Below are positions 28,391 to 37,737 of a DNA stretch of 64,000 bases, piece by piece. The notes beneath the pieces were generated by a model, which did no database searches, was not told the origin of the DNA, and saw only the letters and a program-made list of their open reading frames with translations. Origin of the DNA: Ilumatobacteraceae bacterium. Lineage in GTDB: Bacteria > Actinomycetota > Acidimicrobiia > Acidimicrobiales > Ilumatobacteraceae. A program made the translations under genes and the position numbers. Each line of letters begins with the position of its first letter. The first letter of the stretch is position 1. Where the stretch lies: assembly GCA_031422395.1 (NCBI GenBank), contig JANPLQ010000152.1, positions 11,725 to 75,724 of the forward strand. The letters run 5' to 3'.

Positions 28391-28418
28391 AACACCTGCC
28401 GGTCGGTCGGCAGGTGTT
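28391..28418 (+). terminator. Hairpin immediately after the hrpB stop codon (11-bp perfect stem, 6-nt loop)
   Basis: The hairpin is aacacctgccg-gtcggt-cggcaggtgtt. It has no clear U-tract, which is common in high-GC actinobacteria. Confidence 0.6.
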
Positions 28419-28457
28419 CGGTAGGCGCGAAGCGGGCTGCGGCATAGTGTTGACCGC

Positions 28458-30116
<1,659 letters not shown>

Positions 30117-30129
30117 CCACCCAACCCCA

Positions 30130-30180
30130 CGTTCATGTCGCGCTGAACCCCCGCATCACGTGTCCATCGCGACTTGAACG
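30130..30180. repeat. Palindromic REP-like element, copy 1 (diverged right arm), embedded in the 3' end of the minus-strand dehydrogenase gene
   Basis: Left arm cgttcatgtcgcg (30130-30142) pairs with cgcgacttgaacg (30168-30180) at 12 of 13 positions. The left half is identical to copy 3, and the centre gcatcacgtg is shared with copy 2. Confidence 0.75.
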
Positions 30181-31050
30181 CATCCAGTGTTCGTAGGCCC
30201 TTGTGTGGTCGACGCCGAAACCCAACGCGTCGCGGGCTTCGGCGAGGCGTGATGTAACGAGCGCGGCGACGGGGGCGTTGCGGTCCATCGCGGCAGCGAG
30301 TTCGTTGGCGATCCCGACATCCTTGGCGAGCAAACCGAGCGCGAAACCACTGGAGAACTGGCCGGAGATCACATGCTGTTTCATCACCATTTCGGTATTG
30401 AAGCAACGGGCGGTCGAGACGTTCATGATGTCCATCATCACGCTCGGGTCGAGGCCGAACTTCTCCCCCACCATGATCGCCTCACTGGCGGCCACGAACG
30501 CTGTGCCGGCAACGAAGTTGTTGAGGCACTTCATGGCGTGACCGTTGCCGAGTCCGCCAACTTCGAATAGTCGATCACCCATCGCCGCCAGCACCGGCCT
30601 GGCCCGCTCGACTGCCTGAGAATCGCCACCGATCATGATCGCCAGCGTGCCTTCGATTGCCCGCGGTACGCCTCCTGACACCGGGGCGTCGACGAGATCG
30701 ACGCCCGTTCCCACGAGGTCAGCTCCAAGTTCACGAGTGCCAACTGGGTCGGCTGAACTCATGTCGATGGCCACCAAGCCGGGCTTGACCGCGGCAAGGA
30801 ATGTAGGGTCGGTCAGCACGTCACGCACCTCTCGACCGGTCGGCAGCATCGTCACTACTGCATCGATCTCACCTGCGACAGCGGCCAGCGTGGTGGCGCC
30901 GCGACCACCGTGTTCCGACGCCCATCCGTCGGCCCGCGAGGCATCGGTGTCAACAGCGATCACATCGAAACCGGCTTTAGCCAAATTGACGGCCATCGGT
31001 GAACCCATGTTGCCGATCCCCACGAACGCAACGGTTCTGAGCTCACTCAT
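30133..31050 (-). CDS. NAD(P)-dependent 3-hydroxyisobutyrate/6-phosphogluconate dehydrogenase-family oxidoreductase
   Basis: The Rossmann motif VAFVGIGNMGSPMAVNL is followed by DAPVSGG and the family-typical KCLNN region. Confidence 0.8.
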   Translation of the reverse strand: MSELRTVAFVGIGNMGSPMAVNLAKAGFDVIAVDTDASRADGWASEHGGRGATTLAAVAGEIDAVVTMLPTGREVRDVLTDPTFLAAVKPGLVAIDMSSADPVGTRELGADLVGTGVDLVDAPVSGGVPRAIEGTLAIMIGGDSQAVERARPVLAAMGDRLFEVGGLGNGHAMKCLNNFVAGTAFVAASEAIMVGEKFGLDPSVMMDIMNVSTARCFNTEMVMKQHVISGQFSSGFALGLLAKDVGIANELAAAMDRNAPVAALVTSRLAEARDALGFGVDHTRAYEHWMRSSRDGHVMRGFSAT

Positions 31051-31523
31051 ACGTCATATCCCATCTCGCGCAATGTGTCGGCGGCAACTCGGAACCCCTC
31101 AACTGCTCGCGGGACACCGCAGTAGATCATGGCATGCAACATGACTTCTCGAATCTCGTCGGGCGTGACGCCGTTGGCGATCGCGCCTTGCACGTGGACC
31201 TTGATTTCGTTTGGTCGGCCATATGCGACCAGCATCGCCAGCGTGAGCATGCTGCGAATCGCGGGAGCGAGACCGTCGCGGGTCCAGGTTTCGCCGAAGC
31301 ACCACCGCGTCACGTAGTCCTGCATCGGCCACATGAAGTCGGAGGCGGCGTTGATCTGATCATCGGCACCGCCCGGCCCGAACATCGCTCGTCGCATCGC
31401 TAACCCGGCCTCGAACGCCTCCTCCGCAGATGGCCAGCGATCCCCGGCCTTAACTCGCGCCGACTGAACTGTTGGATCGCCTGCGTCGTCTGTCACGTTG
31501 CTATCCCTCTCGTCATATCCCAC
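31047..31523 (-). CDS. Carboxymuconolactone decarboxylase (CMD/AhpD-like) family protein
   Basis: LLTLAMLVAYGRPNEIKVHVQGAIANGVTPDEIREVMLHAMIYCGVP is a typical CMD core. The gene has an ATGA overlap with the downstream gene. Confidence 0.8.
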   Translation of the reverse strand: MGYDERDSNVTDDAGDPTVQSARVKAGDRWPSAEEAFEAGLAMRRAMFGPGGADDQINAASDFMWPMQDYVTRWCFGETWTRDGLAPAIRSMLTLAMLVAYGRPNEIKVHVQGAIANGVTPDEIREVMLHAMIYCGVPRAVEGFRVAADTLREMGYDV

Positions 31524-31608
31524 TCCTCATACGACTGACATGTTGACCACCGATACTGGCCGAACCGGGTTGGATTCCTAGTATTCGCTGCGACATGGAA
31601 GGAGCCCG

Positions 31609-32712
31609 ATGAGAGCCGCAGTACTTCGCGATGGATCGAACAATCTGTTCATCGAAGAGATCGGATACACCGCATTGGCGCCACGCGAGGTACGAGTCGC
31701 CACGGCGGCGTGCGGACTGTGTCACAGCGACCTCCACATTCTTGCCGGAATTCTCGTACGGCCGCGCCCGCACGTACTCGGGCACGAGGCGGCTGGCATC
31801 GTCGAGGAGATCGGTTCGGGCGTGACGTCGGTGGCTGTCGGTGATCACGTCGTCACGTGCCTGGTGCAGGGATGCGGGACCTGCCTACGGTGTGAACGAG
31901 GCGAGCCGACTGGTTGTACGAACCCGAGCGCGACACGCCGGACCGCCGGCGAAGGAACACGCTTACGCACGGCCGATGGTCTCGGGATCACCGTGATGGG
32001 CAACGTCGGCGGGCTGACGGAACAGATCGTGATCGACGAGCGTGGTCTCGTCGTGATCCCCAACGACATGCCGATGGAGTTGGCGGCGATTCTCGGCTGC
32101 GCTGTAGTCACAGGGCTTGGCGCTGTGTTCAACGTCGCCAAGGTGCAGCCCGGCGACATTGTCGCCGTGCTGGGGTGCGGCGGAGTCGGGTTGAACGTGA
32201 TCCAAGGCGCTCGGATTGCTGGGGCGTCGCAGATCATCGCCATCGACGTGTCCGACGACAAGCTGTCGACCGCCGCCGCGTTGGGCGCGACCGACATCGT
32301 GAACGCCGCTCAGGTCGATTCGATTGCTGCGGTGCTGTCATTGTCGGCTGGTGGTGTCGACCACGCATTCGAGGTGATTGGTCGATCAGACACGGCTCAA
32401 CAAGCGATGGGAATGGTCGCTCCAGGTCGCACGGCATACGTCGTCGGAGTAATGGCGGACGATGCGACATTCGAAGTGACTAGCGATTTCACGAAACGTG
32501 GCCGAACGATGGTTGGGGTGTTCATGGGCTCGGCGAGACCTCGAGTCGACATCCCGCGCTACGTCGAGATGTGGCGGCGCGGGCAACTCGATCTCGATGG
32601 GATGATCTCGCTACGGCTCCCGCTCGAGGACGTCAACGATGGATTTCGCGCTCTCGCCGCCGGCGAAGTCAACCGCGCTGTTGTAATTATGAAGGGATTT
32701 GGCAATGTCTGA
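31609..32712 (+). CDS. Zinc-dependent alcohol dehydrogenase (MDR family)
   Basis: The CGLCHSDLH and GHEAAGIVEEIG zinc motifs and the NAD-binding motif VLGCGGVG are present. Confidence 0.85.
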   Translation: MRAAVLRDGSNNLFIEEIGYTALAPREVRVATAACGLCHSDLHILAGILVRPRPHVLGHEAAGIVEEIGSGVTSVAVGDHVVTCLVQGCGTCLRCERGEPTGCTNPSATRRTAGEGTRLRTADGLGITVMGNVGGLTEQIVIDERGLVVIPNDMPMELAAILGCAVVTGLGAVFNVAKVQPGDIVAVLGCGGVGLNVIQGARIAGASQIIAIDVSDDKLSTAAALGATDIVNAAQVDSIAAVLSLSAGGVDHAFEVIGRSDTAQQAMGMVAPGRTAYVVGVMADDATFEVTSDFTKRGRTMVGVFMGSARPRVDIPRYVEMWRRGQLDLDGMISLRLPLEDVNDGFRALAAGEVNRAVVIMKGFGNV

Positions 32713-33523
32713 TCGGTTGGCTGGACGTCGGGCTTTGGTGACGGGCGGAGCGAATGGGTTGGGTGCCGCAACTGCGACCCTGTTCGCGTCCGAAGGAGCG
32801 AACGTCGTGATTGCAGATCTGGCGCGCACCGCTGACGCCGCTGCTGGTGTGATCGCCGACATCCGCAACACCGGTGGAACCGCTCACTTCGTCGAGATTG
32901 ATGTGCGAGATGCCGGGGCGGCATCCGCTGCCGTTGACGAGGCGGCCAGCTTGATGGGCGGGATCGACACTGTGGTCGCATCGGCCGGTGTCGGCGCGCC
33001 GCCACAACCGAACGGTTCGGTCCGCCAGTTGCTCGACCTCGATATTGCCGGGTTCGACCTCGTGATGGACATCAACGTGCGCGGAGTATTCGTGGTGTGC
33101 CAGCGCGCCGCACAGTTGATGATCGAGAACGGCGACACGGGTGCAATGGTCACTCTTGCTTCGATGGCTTCGAAACGGCCAACGGCCGGGGTGTATTCGA
33201 TCTCGAAGGCGGCCGTCTGGATGCTGACTCGCTGCCTCGCTCACGAGTTGGGCGGCCACGGGATTCGGTTCAACGCGATCGGCCCCGGCTATGTCGACAC
33301 CGACCTGTTCCAGAGCATGGTGCAGTCAGCCGCAGGCGATGATCCCGATGCTCAGCACGCCTGGCGCGAAGTCCGCCGGAATCAGGTCGCGCTCGGTCGA
33401 TTCGGCACCCCCGAGGATGTTGCAATGACAGCTCTATTCCTGTGTTCCGACGAGTCCAGCTACTTCACCGGCTCGATCCTGCACCCCGATGGTGGATACA
33501 CGTCGACATTCGGCGGTGGCTGA
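32705..33523 (+). CDS. Short-chain dehydrogenase/reductase (classical SDR)
   Basis: The motifs TGGANGLG and NVRG and the catalytic YSISK (YxxxK) are present. ATG 32705 overlaps the ADH 3' end by 8 nt. Confidence 0.85.
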   Translation: MSDRLAGRRALVTGGANGLGAATATLFASEGANVVIADLARTADAAAGVIADIRNTGGTAHFVEIDVRDAGAASAAVDEAASLMGGIDTVVASAGVGAPPQPNGSVRQLLDLDIAGFDLVMDINVRGVFVVCQRAAQLMIENGDTGAMVTLASMASKRPTAGVYSISKAAVWMLTRCLAHELGGHGIRFNAIGPGYVDTDLFQSMVQSAAGDDPDAQHAWREVRRNQVALGRFGTPEDVAMTALFLCSDESSYFTGSILHPDGGYTSTFGGG

Positions 33524-33527
33524 ACCT

Positions 33528-34364
33528 ATGACAACCGAGCAATTCGATCTCGAGCGTTACGGCGCGGCCGTGTTCGACCTTGACGGAACCGTGTGGCTGA
33601 GCGAGGTGCCGATTCCTGGCGCGGTCGACTGGGTCGAGCACTGCCGGGATCGCGGGCTCACGATCACGTTCGCCACCAATGCCACCTTCTACTCGATCCC
33701 AGACATCACCGGGCACCTACAGTCTTGCGGTCTCAGTCGACCCGGTGACGCTGTGGTAACAGGTGGTTTCGTTGTCGCCCGCTCGGTTGCGGCGCAAGGC
33801 GTCAACGAGGTCGTTGGTCTTGTTCCTCGTGCGATGCGTCTCAGCCTCGAGGCCGAAGGCGTCGCGGTACACCTACCGAACGACATCGACAGAGGCATCG
33901 ATAACTGGGTGGCGCCGATGCCGAATAGGGCACTCGTGATGGGAGCCTCCCGCGAGGCGACGTTCGGCGAGATCGAGGTGATCGGCCGTCTGCACCAGCA
34001 CGGTCACGCGCTGTATGTGACATCACTCGACCCAGGGTTTCCAGGGCTCGGACGGATGGAACCGGGAAGCGGGATGATGGTGGCGGCGGCTCGCATGTTG
34101 TATCCGATTGACCCGATCGTGCTTGGCAAGCCATCGAAGTACTACGCCGATGTCGTCGCCGATTCGGTTCGCTCTGACGGCGCGATTGTGATGTTCGGTG
34201 ATTCGCAGCGGGCCGACATGGGCATCGCTGATTACCTCGGTGCCGATGGTGTGTTGATCACCCAACCCGGTCGCACCGCCGCCCGAGACGATCAGCCGGC
34301 GCCGAAGTACGTGACCACTCGCCTCGGCGCTGCGATCATTGCTTACGTCCCAGAGGAGATTTGA
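33528..34364 (+). CDS. HAD-superfamily hydrolase, subfamily IIA (NagD-like)
   Basis: VFDLDGTVW, TFATNAT and the distal FGDSQRADMG are present. The start is ATG 33528. Confidence 0.75.
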   Translation: MTTEQFDLERYGAAVFDLDGTVWLSEVPIPGAVDWVEHCRDRGLTITFATNATFYSIPDITGHLQSCGLSRPGDAVVTGGFVVARSVAAQGVNEVVGLVPRAMRLSLEAEGVAVHLPNDIDRGIDNWVAPMPNRALVMGASREATFGEIEVIGRLHQHGHALYVTSLDPGFPGLGRMEPGSGMMVAAARMLYPIDPIVLGKPSKYYADVVADSVRSDGAIVMFGDSQRADMGIADYLGADGVLITQPGRTAARDDQPAPKYVTTRLGAAIIAYVPEEI

Positions 34365-35152
34365 TGGGTTGTACCGTTGAACGAGCGATCGTGTTCGCCG
34401 AGAAGCCTGGCTATCGGGCGCTCCAACTCGACCTGTATCGACCGACTCATGTGGACACGAGTCCGTTGCCGTTGATCCTCAACGTGCATGGTGGGGGATG
34501 GCGCGTGAGTGGACGCCATCGGGCGCCACGCGAGACACGCGCATGGGCGACGAGTTTCTTCGAGCGGATGGTCGACGCCGGATTCGTTGTGGCTGCCAAC
34601 GACTACCGGTTCAGCAGCGAAGCCTTGTTTCCTGCCGCTGTCGAAGACACTGCTGACGCCGTACGGTTCCTGCGAGTCAACGCCGATTCCTATGGGATCG
34701 ACCGGACCAAGATCGTATTGTTCGGCCAATCGGCGGGCGGCTACCTCGCCGCCGCGGTCGGGCTCGGCACTGACGTCGGGCAGGTCCAGGGTGTGATCTG
34801 CTGGTACCCAATCACCGACTTCAGCGCATTCAGGGATGACGAGAGCGCTGCGGTATTCCCATCGCAGTTCATCGGCGGCCCGCTCAGCGCGCTGCCCGCC
34901 GTGGTCGAACAGGCCCGTCTGCCACGTCTCGCCCGACACGACGCCCCGCCCGTACTACTCCAGCACGGCACCGCCGACACGATGGCTCCGTACGACCAGA
35001 GCATCCGTCTCCGAGATGCACTCCTCCAAGTTGGCGCGAGTGTCGAGCTCGAAACGGTCGAAGGTGGCGACCACTTCTTCGGCGGTTCAACCGAAGTTGA
35101 CGCAATCTTTCAACGAGCTATCACGTTTGCCCAGTCCTGCGTCACGAGTTAG
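34364..35152 (+). CDS. Alpha/beta hydrolase (esterase/lipase-like)
   Basis: The oxyanion motif HGGGW and the nucleophile elbow GQSAGG are present. A GAGGAG RBS precedes ATG 34364, and the ATG overlaps the upstream TGA. Confidence 0.8.
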   Translation: MGCTVERAIVFAEKPGYRALQLDLYRPTHVDTSPLPLILNVHGGGWRVSGRHRAPRETRAWATSFFERMVDAGFVVAANDYRFSSEALFPAAVEDTADAVRFLRVNADSYGIDRTKIVLFGQSAGGYLAAAVGLGTDVGQVQGVICWYPITDFSAFRDDESAAVFPSQFIGGPLSALPAVVEQARLPRLARHDAPPVLLQHGTADTMAPYDQSIRLRDALLQVGASVELETVEGGDHFFGGSTEVDAIFQRAITFAQSCVTS

Positions 35153-35192
35153 TGCCGCGATACAAGCCCCCGTCTACAGCCACCCTTCAACT

Positions 35193-35335
35193 TTGCGGCA
35201 GGAATCACGACATCGATCGTTGCGATTCCTGCCGCAGAATCCCAACCTGGAGTTTGCGGCAGCCATTACGACGAAAGTTGTCACGATTCCTGCCACAAGA
35301 TTGAGAGTGTGGCGGGCGCCGTTACGGTCACGACG
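35193..35335. repeat. Degenerate ~55-60-bp tandem repeat (2 full units plus 1 partial), each unit hairpin-forming, in a convergent intergenic region
   Basis: In unit 1, tgcggcaggaatc (35194-35206) pairs perfectly with gattcctgccgca (35224-35236). Unit 2 has ttgcggcag (35254-35262) and ctgccacaa (35290-35298). A partial third unit starts near 35308. Confidence 0.7.
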
Positions 35336-35346
35336 CAAGCCGAGGG

Positions 35347-36453
35347 CTATGTAGGCGACCAACCAGATTCTGGCTTCGGAGTTTCAGGTCGCGGCTGCGC
35401 TGCCCACTTCGCAAAACCTGGCAGCGAGAACATGAGTTGATCGCGCCCGGGCGAGTACAAGACCTCATGTCGGTTGATCAGCCGATCGCGGGTCCGACCG
35501 AGTTGTGACGGTTTGAGACCAAGACGGCGGGCAACGCGGGTTGAGGATGCCACCAGCATCGCCGGGTCGAGCTCCTCGACGACTGCCAGCACGTACTCCC
35601 GATCCAACTCGGTCATCTGGTTCCACCGCTGACCGAAGAGCTGTTCATTCAGCCGAACCGTTGCGTCCTCGACTGCCACTCGGGCGCTGGCCCGATCGAT
35701 GGTTCCCTCATCGCCGGATCCATCCCACGCCAGCGCCGCCATCAACTGCACGGCATACGGGTATCCCTGCGATCCTTTCGCCAAAATCTGGAGTGCCTCG
35801 TCACCGATCAAACGCCCCGCCTCGACAACCGGAATCTTGATCGCGTCCTGCGAATCTGCGAGGTCCAGATTTCCGATCCGTATCAATGCCTGACGTTCAA
35901 GAAAGGTCGCCGCCGCCAACGTCGATGTCGTCGACGCCAGCCCCGCCGCCAGTAACGACACCGGAAGACCACGGACTTGAGCCAGCTCCTGGATCAAGGT
36001 GGCCAGCGACCGCACATCGTTCGGCGAAGCCATCTCCGCCTGGTCGACCAGGATCAGTACCGTCTGTCGCTGCGTCGACGCCACCTGCGTCAACCGTTCG
36101 ACAGCGCCGTGAGCCGAGCGGGGCTGCTCGCTCGGCGGGACGTTTGCTGGTACTCCTGCACGGTCGGCGGCTTCACCGATCACGTCGTCGAAGCTGCGCG
36201 CACCCGCCGTCCACCACAGCGGAATTCCGCCGTGTTCATCGCCCATCGTGTGCGCTATCTCGGCGAGCAATGCCGTCTTGCCGGTGCCACGCGGACCGAC
36301 CAGGATGTGGTGAAAGTCTGTCGATCCAGGTCCGCGACGAATGTCAATCAGGATTTGCTGGATCAGCTCTCTGCGTCCAGCCATGAACGGCGGACGGATA
36401 CCGAATCCCGGGCGAAATGGATTCTCCAACGTCACGAGCAGAAGGTTATACAA
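35347..36453 (-). CDS. AAA+ ATPase (Arch_ATPase / ORC-Cdc6-like) with a C-terminal winged-helix-like region
   Basis: The N-terminus (NPFRPGFGIRPPFMAGRRELI) is typical of this ATPase class. Walker A is GPRGTGKT and Walker B is VLILVDQAE. The C-terminus (REYVLAVVEE...TRVARRLGLKPSQLGRTRDRLINRHEVL) is wHTH-like. The track start is a TTG; GTG 36435 is an alternative. Confidence 0.7.
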   Translation of the reverse strand: MYNLLLVTLENPFRPGFGIRPPFMAGRRELIQQILIDIRRGPGSTDFHHILVGPRGTGKTALLAEIAHTMGDEHGGIPLWWTAGARSFDDVIGEAADRAGVPANVPPSEQPRSAHGAVERLTQVASTQRQTVLILVDQAEMASPNDVRSLATLIQELAQVRGLPVSLLAAGLASTTSTLAAATFLERQALIRIGNLDLADSQDAIKIPVVEAGRLIGDEALQILAKGSQGYPYAVQLMAALAWDGSGDEGTIDRASARVAVEDATVRLNEQLFGQRWNQMTELDREYVLAVVEELDPAMLVASSTRVARRLGLKPSQLGRTRDRLINRHEVLYSPGRDQLMFSLPGFAKWAAQPRPETPKPESGWSPT

Positions 36454-36468
36454 CTCAGTCGTATAACC
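36444..36468. promoter_or_regulatory. AT-rich perfect 8-bp inverted repeat overlapping the ATPase start region (possible operator)
   Basis: The sequence is ggttatac-aactcagtc-gtataacc, a locally AT-rich stretch in otherwise GC-rich DNA. Confidence 0.3.
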
Positions 36469-36550
36469 TCACGCAGCCCCGGCTACTCAAGGTCAGGGAG
36501 CCGTGTCGCATCGCCGCGCCCCGGCGCAGGCGGCCCACATCCCGGCCGAT

Positions 36551-37699
36551 TCAGCCGAGGGCGAACTCGTCGAGGTCGACACCGCACACGACTTCGCCGT
36601 CGAAATGGGGTCGCACCAAGGCTTCCCATTCGTCCTCGCTGTGGCTCTGTTCGCCGGGGACCAAATGCGACAACACCAAGGTCTGGACTCCGGCCTGCGT
36701 CGCGATTGCGCCGACGTCTTCTGGCGCAGAATGCGAACGGGCCAGTTGACTGCGAACCTCGGCGTAGTTCGGGAGCCGGGTCAACCGACCGAGCAGGAGA
36801 TCAAGATCGATGATCTCGTGTACCAGGATGTCTGCACCCTGCGCCAACCGAACCACGTTGTCGCACGGACCTGTATCGCCGGAGAACACCACCGAACCGG
36901 TCGGTGTGTCGAACCGATAGGCGATTGCCGGAAACACCGGTGCGTGTTGCACCAACACCGCACTGACCGTCACACCGTGCTCGTCGGTTGGGCGGATCAC
37001 GACGGGCTCCATCTCTGGAACCGTGAACTGCACCATCGAGCGATCGACATCGACAGCGAACGCAATCTCAGGTGCCGGCTGATCGCCAAGCACGCCGATC
37101 TCGTGGATGTACAACTGATCGAGATAATCCGATCGGCGCTCAGCCACGATGCGAGCGTTGAGGTTGAGTGCAAACGCCCGATGCAAGTGGTCGACGACGG
37201 CCCGAATGCCGGGCGTCGGATCATCGGGGAATCGCAACGGGTGGACCGGATCGTCGTGCGTCGCGATCGGGGCTCCAGCCGCACTCGGCCCGTACAGATC
37301 GAGTCGTTGCGAGGGCCAACTGCCCTGCAGCAAGTTGACAAGATCCATGATGTGATCGGCATGCAGATGCGTGACGAACACGCCACGGACCAACGGCCTT
37401 CCAGGATCGTGGTTGTAGTGGAGCGCCAACCCGGCACGCCACATCTGGGAGTGAACGCCTTCGCCGCAATCGACGAGATATGCCGTGTCGCCAACCACCA
37501 CGGCATTCGAGTAGCCGCATCGAGTCGACTTCGGATTCGATCCGCCAGCGGTCCCGAGCAACACCAACCGATTGTCGGAATCAACTTGGCGAGGCGGTCG
37601 GCGGGAGGCAATCACCGCCGTCCAACCGTGACGATCTCTGGGCCGATCTCGAGCCATCTCTGCGGGCATAGCGTGGCAACAGTAACCGGACGACCACAT
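36551..37699 (-). CDS. MBL-fold metallo-hydrolase
   Basis: The HxHxDH motif appears in FVTHLHADHIMD, followed by a distal SGDTG and LSHL. The start is uncertain; ATG alternatives are at 37669 and 37657. Confidence 0.8.
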   Translation of the reverse strand: MWSSGYCCHAMPAEMARDRPRDRHGWTAVIASRRPPRQVDSDNRLVLLGTAGGSNPKSTRCGYSNAVVVGDTAYLVDCGEGVHSQMWRAGLALHYNHDPGRPLVRGVFVTHLHADHIMDLVNLLQGSWPSQRLDLYGPSAAGAPIATHDDPVHPLRFPDDPTPGIRAVVDHLHRAFALNLNARIVAERRSDYLDQLYIHEIGVLGDQPAPEIAFAVDVDRSMVQFTVPEMEPVVIRPTDEHGVTVSAVLVQHAPVFPAIAYRFDTPTGSVVFSGDTGPCDNVVRLAQGADILVHEIIDLDLLLGRLTRLPNYAEVRSQLARSHSAPEDVGAIATQAGVQTLVLSHLVPGEQSHSEDEWEALVRPHFDGEVVCGVDLDEFALG

Positions 37700-37737
37700 A
37701 CGAGGTCCGATTTGTTCGCCTATGACGAACCCGCTCT

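Noticed and set aside
31047-31523. The CMD/AhpD-like gene as a second selenoprotein candidate, since AhpD-like Sec proteins exist in marine metagenomes
   Set aside because: The ORF is uninterrupted with no in-frame TGA and has a normal Cys-containing core (HAMIYCGVP).
35193-35335. Possible mini-CRISPR array
   Set aside because: There are only about 2.5 degenerate units, the spacing is irregular, each repeat is an extended hairpin including the putative spacer, and no cas genes are in the window.
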